A stretch of 64,000 nucleotides of DNA from Candidatus Lustribacter sp. (GTDB lineage Bacteria > Vulcanimicrobiota > Vulcanimicrobiia > Vulcanimicrobiales > Vulcanimicrobiaceae), in the NCBI GenBank assembly GCA_965277805.1, contig OZ255842.1:2144001-2208000 (forward strand), given 5' to 3'. Below are positions 25,996 through 36,171 of this stretch, in pieces (positions within the stretch are counted from its first letter, which is position 1; the number at the start of each line of letters is the position of its first letter). The position numbers and the translations under genes were made by a program. A model generated the notes under the pieces. It was not told where the DNA came from. It ran no database searches and saw nothing but the letters and a program-made list of their open reading frames with translations.

Positions 25996-27563
25996 CCAAC
26001 CCCTACGACGTCATCGTCATCGGTGCCGGACCAACCGGCCTAGCCGCCAGCTTGTTTCTTCATGCGCACGGTGCGCGCGTGGCGCTGCTCGAACGCGAAG
26101 CTGCGACCGTCGTAGAACCACGCGCCGTCACCCTCGACGACGAATCGATGCGTGCGATGGCGACCCTCGGGCTCATCCCGCAACTGCAGCCGCTCATCTT
26201 ACCGGGTTACGGCACGCGCTGGTACACCGGCACCGGCCGCGAGCTGGCCCGCGTAAGCGCCAACGCGACGCGCTACGGTTACGGTTGCCGCAACGGCTTC
26301 TCGCAACCGGATTTCGTGAATCTGCTGGCGCGCACGCTGGCCGAACGCGCCGAGGTGCGCTTCGAGACGACGGTGACGTCGGTCGAACAAGACGCGGACG
26401 GCGTCACGGTGAAAACACGCGGAACGGACGGCTGGCCCCAGACCTATCGCGCCCGCTATGCCATCGCGTGCGACGGCGCCGCCTCGCCGATCCGCGAGGC
26501 CCTCGGCATCCAACTCGAAGGCGACACGCACGCCCAGCCGTGGCTCATCGTCGACACCATCAACTCAACCGAGACCGATCGCTACTCGAAGTTCTACTGC
26601 GGCAACCCACGCCCGTACGTCGCGGTGCCGGGCCGCGACGGCCGGTTGCGCTACGAATTCATGTATTTGCCCGGCGAAGATCCCGAGCAGATGCGCAGCG
26701 CCGACGACGTGCGCCGCTGGCTGCAAGGCCGCCGCGATCTGCCCGATGCGGACATCATCCGCATCGCACCCTATCGCTTTCACTCGCGCGTGAGCCCGCG
26801 CTGGCGATCCGGCCGCCTCTTCTTCGCCGGCGACGCGGCGCACCTGATGCCGCCGTTTGCCGGCCAAGGCATGAACGCCGGCATTCGCGATGCGTTCAAC
26901 CTCGGCTGGAAGCTCGCGCAAGTCGTACGCGGCCATGCCGGCGACGCGTTACTCGACACGTACGAGCGCGAACGCAAACCCCATGTGCGCGCGATGCTCA
27001 AGCTTTCCGAGATCATCGGCACCGTCGTCATGTCGCGCGACTCGACTGCGGCGAGGGCACGTGACGTCTTCCTCGGCACGGCCCGCCACGTCCCCGGCCT
27101 GCGCGAGTACATCGCCGAAATGCGTTTCAAACCGAAAGCCAGCTACCGCGACGGCTTCGTCCACAACAAAGGCCCGCTCGCGCACCTCACCGGACGGCTC
27201 GCGCCGAACCCAATGGTCGTCGACGACCAAAACATCCCGCGCCGCCTAGACGACGTCCTCGGCGACGGCTTCGCTCTGCTCTCCATCAGTGCATCCGGCA
27301 ACCCGATCGCACCGCAAACCACATCACCCTTGCTGGCAGCCCTCAACCCCCGCCACGTGCGCCTGTGCTCAGGCGAATTCATCGCGCTACCGCATCCCGG
27401 CTGCGTCTCAGTCGCCGATACTTACGCCGCCTTCGCCCGCGAGCTCGCCCTAAATCGCGACGCCATCATCCTCATCCGCCCCGACCGCGTAATAGCCGCC
27501 GCCACTCCTGCCAAAAATTTCCCCGCCGCCGAACAAAACCTAACCCGCACCTACTCCCAGTAG
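25992..27563 (+). CDS. FAD-dependent aromatic hydroxylase (MhpA-like)
   Basis: GAGPTG, ACDGAAS, AGDAAHLMPPFAGQGMNAGIRDAFNLGWKL, IRPDRV; TTG start overlapping the upstream TGA. Confidence 0.92.
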   Translation: MTNPYDVIVIGAGPTGLAASLFLHAHGARVALLEREAATVVEPRAVTLDDESMRAMATLGLIPQLQPLILPGYGTRWYTGTGRELARVSANATRYGYGCRNGFSQPDFVNLLARTLAERAEVRFETTVTSVEQDADGVTVKTRGTDGWPQTYRARYAIACDGAASPIREALGIQLEGDTHAQPWLIVDTINSTETDRYSKFYCGNPRPYVAVPGRDGRLRYEFMYLPGEDPEQMRSADDVRRWLQGRRDLPDADIIRIAPYRFHSRVSPRWRSGRLFFAGDAAHLMPPFAGQGMNAGIRDAFNLGWKLAQVVRGHAGDALLDTYERERKPHVRAMLKLSEIIGTVVMSRDSTAARARDVFLGTARHVPGLREYIAEMRFKPKASYRDGFVHNKGPLAHLTGRLAPNPMVVDDQNIPRRLDDVLGDGFALLSISASGNPIAPQTTSPLLAALNPRHVRLCSGEFIALPHPGCVSVADTYAAFARELALNRDAIILIRPDRVIAAATPAKNFPAAEQNLTRTYSQ

Positions 27564-27575
27564 TCGCCCCCAACT

Positions 27576-27609
27576 TGTCATCCCGAGCTCGTCGAGGGAC
27601 CGCCACAAT
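27576..27609 (+). repeat. REP-like palindrome, short type
   Basis: TGTCATCCCGAGCTCGTCGAGGGACCGCCACAAT between convergent genes. Confidence 0.9.
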
Positions 27610-27610
27610 T

Positions 27611-28597
27611 TCAGGTATCGAGCATACTCGGAGCAAAAATCTCTTCGAGCCGCACGATGTGATCGGTCAAACCTTGCTCGTGCAGATACATAGCGATCGT
27701 TTCGAGCACGTGACGATTGCTCCGCACCCCATAAACCGTCGGGTCCGAAGCCAGCTCCGCAGCATCGACAGCTCCCACCTGCAGATACGGTTCCAGCAGC
27801 GCGGATCGCTGCCGCGCGTTCTCCGCCTGCACCGCAACGAACGCGTCATACATGCTCGCCACCACCCACGGATCGCGCTCCGCAACCGTTCGCCGCACCA
27901 CCATGCAATGATTGATCGGAAACGTCCCGCTCTTCGCAAAATAGCGCCGGCCTTCAGCAACCGGGTCCGGAAACAACGTGCGCACCTCAGATCGCGTCTT
28001 GAAGTCGATCGTGCTGCGGTCAACATCATTCCCACGCGGTGAGTAGAACAGCACGGCATCAAGCCCGCCGTCGACCAGCATCTCTCCGAGGTTCGTCGCA
28101 ACCGGGATATACGTCAGCCGGATTCCGGGCGGAGGCGTAAAGCCCGTCGCGCCGCCATGGCTCGTCTCGGGATTGCGTTCCATGAACCACTCCATGTCCG
28201 CCGGCGCAACACCGAACTCGTGCTCCAGCACGCCACGCACCCACACGACGCCCGTCTGTTGAAACTCCGGAACGCCCACCCTCTTGCCGCGCAGATCGGC
28301 GGGCTGCTCGATCCCGGCAGCCGTGCGCACGAAGATCCCGGTGTGAAAGAACCGTCGCGCCGTAAACACCGGAAACCCGACAAAATCCGTTGGACCATGC
28401 GAGGTCGCAATCATGAACGACGCGATCGACATATCCGAAACGTCGAACTCCGCGCCTTTCAGCTGCCGCGCAAAGATCTCACCGGGCGAAAGCGCGATCG
28501 ATTCGAGTTCGATGCCGTCCGGGACGATCCGCCCCTCGAGCAGCGCCCGCGAGCGCACGTTCTCGGCGAAGGCCGCGCGTAACTTCAGCGTGCTCAA
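27611..28597 (-). CDS. 4,5-dihydroxyphthalate decarboxylase-like protein (PBP2 fold)
   Basis: FDVSDMS, FPVFTARRFFH, DLRGKRVGVPEFQQTGVVWVRG, FPINH; TTG start at 28597. Confidence 0.85.
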   Translation of the reverse strand: MSTLKLRAAFAENVRSRALLEGRIVPDGIELESIALSPGEIFARQLKGAEFDVSDMSIASFMIATSHGPTDFVGFPVFTARRFFHTGIFVRTAAGIEQPADLRGKRVGVPEFQQTGVVWVRGVLEHEFGVAPADMEWFMERNPETSHGGATGFTPPPGIRLTYIPVATNLGEMLVDGGLDAVLFYSPRGNDVDRSTIDFKTRSEVRTLFPDPVAEGRRYFAKSGTFPINHCMVVRRTVAERDPWVVASMYDAFVAVQAENARQRSALLEPYLQVGAVDAAELASDPTVYGVRSNRHVLETIAMYLHEQGLTDHIVRLEEIFAPSMLDT

Positions 28598-28598
28598 G

Positions 28599-29678
28599 CT
28601 ATGCGATCGCGGGCGCGTTCGCGAAGTGTGGAATGACCTCGCGGCCGAACAACTGCATCGAATGCAGCGCATCCGCGTACGGCAGCATGTGGAAGTTCAC
28701 TTGCATCGACGCGTGCTCGATCCCGCCGATCTCCGCGGCAAGCTTCGTCAGCGCCGCAATCACTTCGGCCGGCGTGCCGACCAGCGCGCTGCCGTTCGCG
28801 ATCATCGACTCCATCGTCATGGTCTTGAGCCGCTCGTAGCGCTTGTCGTAGTCGACGTAGTCCGTCGAGGTCGTTCCTTGGCTCCAATCCTTGCCGGCAT
28901 CGATCAGCGAGCGAAAGTAGCCTTCAATGTGGGGTTTCGCAATCCGCCGCGCGCGTTCGCCATCTTCATCGACGAACATGTGAAACGCAAGCATCACTTC
29001 GCCGTCGCCCTGATGTCCGGCGGCACGATATGCGGCCCGGTACGCCGCCAGCGACTCCCGCAGTTTGTCGGCCGCCATCGGTACGCTCATGACCGAGAAG
29101 CCCATCTTCCCGGCAAATTCGAACGAATCGATCATGCCGGTGGCTGCGACGTAGAATTTGGGGCGCGGCTTCTGCGTCGGCCGCGGCAACGACGTCGTCT
29201 CCTTGATCTTGTGAAACTGGCCGTCGTGCGAGACGTTCTCTTCACGCAGCAGGAGATCGACCTGCTCGATCCCTTCGCGGAACCGCGCGATCGACTCATC
29301 CTGCGAAACTCCGTGCCGTCGGAATTCATGCGGCATAAACGCTCGCGCAAAGCCGACGTCGAGGCGCCCGCCGCAAATCCCATCCAGCATCGCAATTTCA
29401 GCCGCCATCTTCAGCGGCCGATTGAATGCGGGAATGATACACCCGGTAACCATCCGAGCCGTCCGATTGCGTTGCGAGGCAGCAGAGAGGAAGACGATCG
29501 GATTGGGACTGTAGCCGCCATAGGCATGGAAGTAGTGCTCGACGATGCGAACGTGCGTATATCCAAGCGGTTCGGCTGCTTCGACCAAATCCAGCGACTC
29601 GCCGAAGTACTCGGCAGCCGATTTCTCCTCCGGCTTCACATCAGGAAAAAACTGAACTCCAAATTTCATCATTGCCAT
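28599..29678 (-). CDS. LLM-class (luciferase-like) flavin-dependent oxidoreductase
   Basis: VEHYF, SPNP, PLKMAAEIAMLD..GGRLDVGFAR, PRPTQKP, LVGTP. Confidence 0.93.
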   Translation of the reverse strand: MAMMKFGVQFFPDVKPEEKSAAEYFGESLDLVEAAEPLGYTHVRIVEHYFHAYGGYSPNPIVFLSAASQRNRTARMVTGCIIPAFNRPLKMAAEIAMLDGICGGRLDVGFARAFMPHEFRRHGVSQDESIARFREGIEQVDLLLREENVSHDGQFHKIKETTSLPRPTQKPRPKFYVAATGMIDSFEFAGKMGFSVMSVPMAADKLRESLAAYRAAYRAAGHQGDGEVMLAFHMFVDEDGERARRIAKPHIEGYFRSLIDAGKDWSQGTTSTDYVDYDKRYERLKTMTMESMIANGSALVGTPAEVIAALTKLAAEIGGIEHASMQVNFHMLPYADALHSMQLFGREVIPHFANAPAIA

Positions 29679-29682
29679 TCTA

Positions 29683-30630
29683 CTACACCAGCGCGGCGGG
29701 GTCGATGAGTTCGCGCGCGAGGAATCGCGCCGGAATCACCTTGTACTTGACGGCCGCGTCGATCAACGGCTGAATCAGTGCCGGATCTAGCGTCGACTGG
29801 AGCCGATCGCGTTGCGTGGTGGCGATGACGCTCGGATCGATTCCCGTATACTTCGAAAGCAGCGGGATCATCTCGTTCCAGTTGGCCATCGCATAGGCCG
29901 TCGCTTCGGCCAACCCCTTGCGAAAGTGCGCCATCACGTCCGCATTCTTCGTGGCGTAGTCTACGGTACTGAAATAGGTTGTCGAAAAGAACCGCTTCGC
30001 AACAGCGCCGCACGAGTCGCCGAGCAAGCGGCATTTCCCGCTCGCGATCGCATCGCTCATCGTGGGAACCGCCAGCGTTGCGGCGTCGACCCGTCCGGCA
30101 GCGATTGCATCGGCCGCGGCGGACGCCGGCAGCTCGGCGAGTTTCACCGAGCGCCAGTCGCCGCCGTACTGATCGACCCAGGCCCAGCTCGCGATCGCAA
30201 ACAAATCGCCCAGCGACGAAACGGCAACGGTCTTTCCGTTGAGATCGCTGCCGGTGCGGATCGGTGAGTTCTTCGCGACGAGAAACCCGGCGGTCGGATT
30301 CGCGGAGTCAAAGGTCGACGCACCGGACTGCAGTACCAGCGGAATGCCGCGCACGTGTCCCTCGATGATGCCGAACAGGCTCGCCTTTCCAAGTTCGAGC
30401 GAGCCGCCGATCACTGCAGCCGAGATTGCCGATCCGCTGCTCGCGCGCGTCACTTGTACGTCGAGCCCATACTTCTGAAAGATGCCGCTCTGCGCGCCGT
30501 ACAACGCGCCGATGACGCTCCCGTCGGCCGATGCGGCAATGCGTATCTTCGTCAGCCCCTGGGCGCGCACGCGCGCGGGAAACAGCGTAACGGCAGCCCC
30601 GGCCGTAAGAAAGGCTCTGCGATCGAACAT
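29683..30630 (-). CDS. Orphan SsuA/THI5-like ABC substrate-binding protein, Tat signal
   Basis: MFDRRAFL, GIFQKYGLDV, DLNGKTVAV, GRVDAA, LDPALIQPLID. Confidence 0.9.
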   Translation of the reverse strand: MFDRRAFLTAGAAVTLFPARVRAQGLTKIRIAASADGSVIGALYGAQSGIFQKYGLDVQVTRASSGSAISAAVIGGSLELGKASLFGIIEGHVRGIPLVLQSGASTFDSANPTAGFLVAKNSPIRTGSDLNGKTVAVSSLGDLFAIASWAWVDQYGGDWRSVKLAELPASAAADAIAAGRVDAATLAVPTMSDAIASGKCRLLGDSCGAVAKRFFSTTYFSTVDYATKNADVMAHFRKGLAEATAYAMANWNEMIPLLSKYTGIDPSVIATTQRDRLQSTLDPALIQPLIDAAVKYKVIPARFLARELIDPAALV

Positions 30631-30645
30631 GGAAACGCCTTACAC

Positions 30646-31593
30646 ATGCACGTACGGAATCTTTCGCGCAATGGTTTTCTGGCCGGCACCGGTGCAGCCG
30701 TCGCCCTGGTCGCTGCACGGCAGGCGGCTCGTGCGGCCACGGCGGTCGCTGTCGCAGCTTCACCTGCGGATGACCTCACGCCGGTGGTGTATGCGTTGCA
30801 AAGCGGTCTCTTCCAGCGCAACGGACTCGACGTGCACCTCGACAAGCTCACATCGGGTTCGGCTGTAGCGGCAGCCGTTGCCTCCGGTGCCTATGCGATC
30901 GGCAAATCGAGCCTGACCGGTCTGCTCACCGCGCGCGACAAGGGCATTCCGTTCACGTTGATCGCGCCCGCTGCAATCTACGACAGCGCGACGGCGGTCG
31001 GCGGCATGATCGTGTCCAACGATTCCACGGTTCACACCGGGCGCGACGTCGAAAACCAAGTTGCCGCGGTCGCAGCATTCGGCGACATCGGGCAACTCTC
31101 GCTGCAAGCATGGGTCGCGCAAAACAAAGGCAATCCGGCGCTGGTGAAGTTCATCGAAGTACCGAATGCCGCCGCGCTCGCGGCCGTTCAGGAACACCGC
31201 GTGATCGCGGCGGAAGCGGCCGACCCGTTTCTCTCCGCGGCGCTCGCCACCCACACGGTCTTCCAGCTCAAGACCTACAGCGCTGTCGCACCGCGGTTCG
31301 CCATCACCGCTTGGTTCACAACCCAATCCTACGCGGACGCACACCCCGACGTCGTCCGTGCCTTCGCCCGCAGCGTCGCGACCGCGTCGACGTATACGAA
31401 TGCGCATCACGAGGCAACGGCAGAGATGATGGCCACATATACGGGCCAGGATCCAGCCTTGGTCGAGCACATGACGCGCACGTTGACCGGCGTCACGCTC
31501 GACCCGGCCCTCATTCAGCCGGTGATCGAAGCCTGTTTCAACTACAAGCTCATCGCGCATCCGCTCAAGGCAGGCGACATTATCGCCCGCTGA
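30646..31593 (+). CDS. Orphan SsuA/THI5-like ABC substrate-binding protein
   Basis: Tat-like LSRNGFL, GLFQRNGLDV, LDPALIQPVIE; paralog of the divergent neighbour. Confidence 0.88.
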   Translation: MHVRNLSRNGFLAGTGAAVALVAARQAARAATAVAVAASPADDLTPVVYALQSGLFQRNGLDVHLDKLTSGSAVAAAVASGAYAIGKSSLTGLLTARDKGIPFTLIAPAAIYDSATAVGGMIVSNDSTVHTGRDVENQVAAVAAFGDIGQLSLQAWVAQNKGNPALVKFIEVPNAAALAAVQEHRVIAAEAADPFLSAALATHTVFQLKTYSAVAPRFAITAWFTTQSYADAHPDVVRAFARSVATASTYTNAHHEATAEMMATYTGQDPALVEHMTRTLTGVTLDPALIQPVIEACFNYKLIAHPLKAGDIIAR

Positions 31594-32782
31594 CGCTTCC
31601 CCGCGGCGGTCCGCCGGGGCCGCCAAGGCCGCCGTCGCCGCCGGGACCGCCGGCTGGCTCCTGATAGTGGAGCGCAAGCCAATCCATTCCGTAGTCATTG
31701 AGCGGGTCGCGCGCGATCGCATGCACGTGTCCGCCTTCGCTCGTCAGCGGCTCTTGCACATCGTACTCAATGAGAATACGCGGGCCATGCACGCGGAAGT
31801 AAAATGGGGTTTTCGCATCGGGCGGCGCACCTTGCCAGGCGAAATGCGTGTCACCCCAGTTCCGGCGGATAAGCGCGTAATGCGCATCTGCCGCCTCCGG
31901 GTTGGCGTTGCCGACGAACTCCTCGATGAGTTGCCACAGCATTCGCTGCTGTCCGTCGCCGAGTTTGCTTGCTTGCAGGCCTTGAAAACTCGCAAGACTT
32001 TTCTGGCGACCGGGTCCCGCGATGACGTCACCGGGCGGTGCCGTTCCTATAACCGCGACGCGATGCTGGTCGGCGTTGAGCGACGCGAGCAAATCGCCCG
32101 CCCGCCGTGCATCGTTCGGAAGGACACGCCACCCGGCGTGCACGCCGGATGGGACTTGCAACGGCTGCGCGCCGGTAAACATCGGCGTAAACGCGGTGCG
32201 ATCGCCCTGCACGGTAAAGATCGCAGTCATGTGATGACCGGTCAGCATCCAAGCCCAATCCGTTGCATCGGGTGAACCGAAGATGGATACGTAGTAGAAT
32301 TGAGCGCCGAACAGCGTCTCGCCGTGCAAGTCGTGCAGCACGTCGTCGGCTCGCATGGCACCGCTCATTTTGTGATAACCCTGACTGCTCGTCGACACCG
32401 CCAGGAGTTCGTGCATTCGCACCCGCTGCGCATCGGTCATATCGCCGACCGCGATTCCAGCGCGCGGGGACGCACCGGCGGGAAAGTTGCTCCATTTCGT
32501 GCGCGCCGCATCGCCGAGCTGTGCATACTGACATTTGGCGCGCTGATCGCTCGTGAGTCCGGCGAGAAACGACCGTGCCGCGAGCTTCATCTGCCTGCCG
32601 GAATAAAACGCCGCCGGGATTTCCCCAGCCTGCCACGGCGCGTGCGCGTTTGCTGCCGGCAACGATGCCCCCATCGCCGGAGCTCCGCCCAATGCGAGCG
32701 CAGCAAGGCCGCCCGCGCCGAACAATCCGCGGCGCGTGGTCTTCACGGGCAGTGCATGCGAGTGCGCGTGATCTGAAGGCAT
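31580..32782 (-). CDS. DUF3500-like secreted protein
   Basis: TTRRGLF Tat motif; WSNFP, YYVSIFGSP, WAWMLTGHH, YFRVHGPRILIEYD, HVHAIARDPLNDYG; Gly/Pro-rich tail. Confidence 0.85.
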   Translation of the reverse strand: MPSDHAHSHALPVKTTRRGLFGAGGLAALALGGAPAMGASLPAANAHAPWQAGEIPAAFYSGRQMKLAARSFLAGLTSDQRAKCQYAQLGDAARTKWSNFPAGASPRAGIAVGDMTDAQRVRMHELLAVSTSSQGYHKMSGAMRADDVLHDLHGETLFGAQFYYVSIFGSPDATDWAWMLTGHHMTAIFTVQGDRTAFTPMFTGAQPLQVPSGVHAGWRVLPNDARRAGDLLASLNADQHRVAVIGTAPPGDVIAGPGRQKSLASFQGLQASKLGDGQQRMLWQLIEEFVGNANPEAADAHYALIRRNWGDTHFAWQGAPPDAKTPFYFRVHGPRILIEYDVQEPLTSEGGHVHAIARDPLNDYGMDWLALHYQEPAGGPGGDGGLGGPGGPPRGSVSGR

Positions 32783-32826
32783 ATCGGCAGCGTACCCGGC
32801 TCTTCTGAGACCACTCTGGGCAGCAA

Positions 32827-34065
32827 TTACCCGCGGCCGAGCGCCAACGACGCCGCCGTATGTTCGCGCGTCATATCGATGAACGCGGTGTGCAAGCGGG
32901 TCGGCAGCCAGTTCGTGCGCGTCGTGATGCCAATTGCCGGCACCGGGCTGATCGCCGCGTACGGAATGGCCGTCAGCCCGGCGTCCTGATGCTGCAGCTC
33001 GAACGAGGTCATGAGCGTGAGCCGGTTGCTATTCGCGAGCAGGTGATGAATGATCGACACGGCTGAACTCGCGATCGGGGTGCTCGCACCGCGCCGTCCA
33101 CCGAACAAGCGGTCGAAGCACGCGCGCCGGCTCGAACCTTCCAAACCGATCACCCAGTCGTAGTTCATGAGATCGTCGGCCGTAACTCGCGTTCTTGCGA
33201 GCAGTGGGTGCCCGATACGCCCGACGATCGAATACGGCGTGTGCACCAGCGCCTCGGTTGAGAGGTCGCCGATCGCTTCCGCCAGCACGAGCCCGATGAC
33301 GAAGTCGACGTTGCCGGCGCGCAAACTCTTGAGCATCTCCGCCGCGTTTTCGTTCTGAACCGTGATCTCGGCCCGCGGATATCGATGCGTGAACTCTTCG
33401 AGCATCGAGGCCACGAGCGCACTTCCGCTAAGTGGCATGGCGCCCACGACGATTGGACCCGCAAGACCGCCGCGCACTTCTTCCAGCTCGCGAATGCCCC
33501 AATCGATCTCTTGCAGCGCGAGCTTCATGCGGCCGCCGAACTCGATGCCCTCAGGCGTCAGCGACATACCGGCGGCAGTTCGATAGTAGATCGGCCGCGG
33601 CAGATTGCTTTGCAAATCGCGCGCCGCGCGCTGCAACGACGCCTGCGCCAGACCCAGCGCCTGCGCGGCCTGCCCGAACGATCCGGTATCGACGGTGGCG
33701 ATCAACGCCCGCACTTGCGAGCGCAGGATGCGCGTCGTCATCGAGCGCGAGCCGCCCTTATCCGTGGCGCCGAGCCGGTCCAGCGCCTCTTCGAACTGCT
33801 CGAAAAAACGCTCGACCCGCCGGTAGAACATCTCCCCGAATTCGTTGAGGTAGCTGCCGCTGGCACGGCGCTCGACCAGCGTTGCGCCGACGAGCTGCTC
33901 GAGCTTTGCGAGGGATTGGGTTACCGCCGGTTGTGATAAGTTACAGTCCTTCGACGCGTTGCGAACGCTACGCAGCCTGGCTATGCTGTCGTACAGCCTG
34001 AGCTGCATAAAACTTATCGCTGGTCCGCGCTCGGCGGAGTCAATTTCAAGCAGAATCTTCAACAC
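32827..34065 (-). CDS. LysR family regulator with two HTH domains (GalR/LigR-like)
   Basis: LSQPAVTQSLAKLE and GSFGQAAQALGLAQASLQRAARDLQ HTHs, then an effector domain; start uncertain (34065-34113). Confidence 0.88.
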   Translation of the reverse strand: MLKILLEIDSAERGPAISFMQLRLYDSIARLRSVRNASKDCNLSQPAVTQSLAKLEQLVGATLVERRASGSYLNEFGEMFYRRVERFFEQFEEALDRLGATDKGGSRSMTTRILRSQVRALIATVDTGSFGQAAQALGLAQASLQRAARDLQSNLPRPIYYRTAAGMSLTPEGIEFGGRMKLALQEIDWGIRELEEVRGGLAGPIVVGAMPLSGSALVASMLEEFTHRYPRAEITVQNENAAEMLKSLRAGNVDFVIGLVLAEAIGDLSTEALVHTPYSIVGRIGHPLLARTRVTADDLMNYDWVIGLEGSSRRACFDRLFGGRRGASTPIASSAVSIIHHLLANSNRLTLMTSFELQHQDAGLTAIPYAAISPVPAIGITTRTNWLPTRLHTAFIDMTREHTAASLALGRG

Positions 34066-34121
34066 ATCCGCGGGAGGGGTTGCCAAAAGTTTATCGCATC
34101 CTAGGTTCGGCAAACCATATA

Positions 34122-34135
34122 GAAAACATGTTTTC
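34122..34135. promoter_or_regulatory. Perfect 14-bp palindrome GAAAACATGTTTTC in the divergent promoter
   Basis: AT-rich palindrome about 20 bp upstream of the 34157 operon. Confidence 0.45.
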
Positions 34136-34156
34136 CTTTAGACAGGAGAGTTCCCG

Positions 34157-35143
34157 GTGAGTCGCAAGGTCCCGCTGAAGATAGCCATTGCGGAATTCCC
34201 GCACACCTCGGCCATCAGGAATGGTTCGATCCCGATCGAGGGGGTCGAGGCCGAGATCGTCACCGTCAACCCGCAGATCGGCGCCTTCCGCCGGATGGTC
34301 CGGGACGTCGAGTTCGACGTCTGCGAGCTCGCCCCGACGACCTACGTCATCGCCCGGGCCTACGGCGCGCCGTTCGTGGCATTACCGATCTTCGTGACGC
34401 GCCGCTTCCATCATAGCGGCTTGCTGGTGCGCCCCGACGCCGGGATCAAAACCCCGAAAGACCTCGAGGGCAAGCAAGTCGGCGTGCGCGCATACTCGGT
34501 GACCACCGGCGCCTGGACGCGTCAGGTGCTGATCGACGAGTTCGGGCTCGACTCATCCAAGGTCACGTGGGTCGTCGACGACGAGGAACACGTCACCCAA
34601 ATGAAGCTGCCGCCCAACGTCGTGCACGCGCCCGAGGGACGTTCGCTCGCCGATATGATGGCCGGCGGCGAACTCGTCGCCGGGTTCGACGCGGCGGCCG
34701 GCATCGGACGCACCGGTAATCCCACCGGCGGCTGGAAAGAAGTCGAGACGAACTATCCCGAACTCTTCCCGAACGCGACCGAACTGGAAACCGAATTCTA
34801 CCAGCGCACGCACATCTATCCGATGCACGGCACGATCGTCGTCAAAGATTCGGTGCTCGCCGAACACCCATGGGCCGCGCGTTCGCTCTTCGATGCGTTC
34901 TCGCAAGCCAAAGACGAGTGGCTCAAGCGCCTAGACGCCGGCGAGGCGACGACCGCCACCGACAAGCGCTATGATAAGCTGCGCAAGATCGTCGGGCACG
35001 ATCCGCTGCCGTACGGCATGGATGCGAACATCAAGACGATCGAAGCGCTCGAGTCGACCGCCTTCAAACAGGAACTCACGCCCCGCCGGATGAGCATCGA
35101 GGAGCTCTTCGTCGACCCCACCCACGCGCCGGCCTTCGCTTGA
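34157..35143 (+). CDS. 4,5-dihydroxyphthalate decarboxylase-like protein (PBP2 fold)
   Basis: FDVCEL, LPIFVTRRFHH, DLEGKQVGVRAYSVTTGAW, YPMH; AGGAG RBS. Confidence 0.85.
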   Translation: MSRKVPLKIAIAEFPHTSAIRNGSIPIEGVEAEIVTVNPQIGAFRRMVRDVEFDVCELAPTTYVIARAYGAPFVALPIFVTRRFHHSGLLVRPDAGIKTPKDLEGKQVGVRAYSVTTGAWTRQVLIDEFGLDSSKVTWVVDDEEHVTQMKLPPNVVHAPEGRSLADMMAGGELVAGFDAAAGIGRTGNPTGGWKEVETNYPELFPNATELETEFYQRTHIYPMHGTIVVKDSVLAEHPWAARSLFDAFSQAKDEWLKRLDAGEATTATDKRYDKLRKIVGHDPLPYGMDANIKTIEALESTAFKQELTPRRMSIEELFVDPTHAPAFA

Positions 35144-36168
35144 TGATCATCGACTGTCACGGTCATTTCACCAACGGCCCGCCGGAATTGCCGGCGTGGC
35201 GGAAAGCGCAGCTCAACGCGATCGACGATCCGTCGAAGATGCCGGTGAAATCCGACCTGAAGATCAGCGACGATGAGATCCGCTCCATCATCAGCGCGGG
35301 GCAACTGAAGATGCAGCAAGATCGGGGCGGCGACCTGACGCTCTTTTCGCCCATCGCGGGCCAAATGGCGCACCACCTTGGAAACGAGCAAACGAGTCTC
35401 GCCTGGGCCGAGCAGTGTAACGACCTCGTCTATCGCGCGGTCGAGTTGTTTCCGCAGAACTTCGCGCCGGTCTGCCAACTGCCGCAATCGCCGGGGAAAT
35501 CTCCGGGCAACAGCGTTCCGGAACTGCGCCGGTGCGTCGAGCAACTCGGCTTCGTCGGCTGCAACATCAGCCCCGACACGTCCGGCGGCCACTGGAACGA
35601 TCCGCCCTTCACCGATCGCTACTGGTATCCGCTTTGGGAAGCGATGTGCGAACTTGACGTGCCGGGCATGGTACATGTCAGCTCGTCGTGCAATCCGGCG
35701 GCCCACGGAACGGGCGCGCACTACATCAATGGCGACACGACCGTCTTCATGCAGTTCTTGCTCGGCGATTTGTTCACCGATTTTCCAACGCTACGTTTTG
35801 TGATCCCGCACGGCGGCGGCGCGGTGCCCTATCACTGGGGCCGCTATCGGGGCCTCTCGCTCGATATCCGCGAGCGCGACCTCGAACCGATCCTCGCCAA
35901 CGTCTTCTTCGACACGTGCGTCTACCATCAACCCGGCGTCGAGTTTCTCACCAACGTAATGCCGGTCGACAACGTGCTCTTCGGCTCAGAAATGATCGGC
36001 GCCGTGCGCGGCCGCGATCCCAAAACGAACGAGTACTTCGACGACACGAAACGCTACGTGGACGCTTGCACCAACCTCTCCGACGACGACCGCTCCAAAA
36101 TTTTCGAACGCAATGCGCGGCGCGTATACCCGCGACTCGACGCACGACTGAAGGCACAAGGACGCTGA
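35143..36168 (+). CDS. ligJ: 4-oxalomesaconate hydratase
   Basis: MIIDCHGH, MAHHLG, CQLPQSPG, HVSSSCNP, GAHYINGDTT, PHGGGAVPYHWGRYRG, FDTCVYHQPG, EMIGAVRG, FDDTKRY. Confidence 0.92.
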   Translation: MIIDCHGHFTNGPPELPAWRKAQLNAIDDPSKMPVKSDLKISDDEIRSIISAGQLKMQQDRGGDLTLFSPIAGQMAHHLGNEQTSLAWAEQCNDLVYRAVELFPQNFAPVCQLPQSPGKSPGNSVPELRRCVEQLGFVGCNISPDTSGGHWNDPPFTDRYWYPLWEAMCELDVPGMVHVSSSCNPAAHGTGAHYINGDTTVFMQFLLGDLFTDFPTLRFVIPHGGGAVPYHWGRYRGLSLDIRERDLEPILANVFFDTCVYHQPGVEFLTNVMPVDNVLFGSEMIGAVRGRDPKTNEYFDDTKRYVDACTNLSDDDRSKIFERNARRVYPRLDARLKAQGR

Positions 36169-36171
36169 GCA

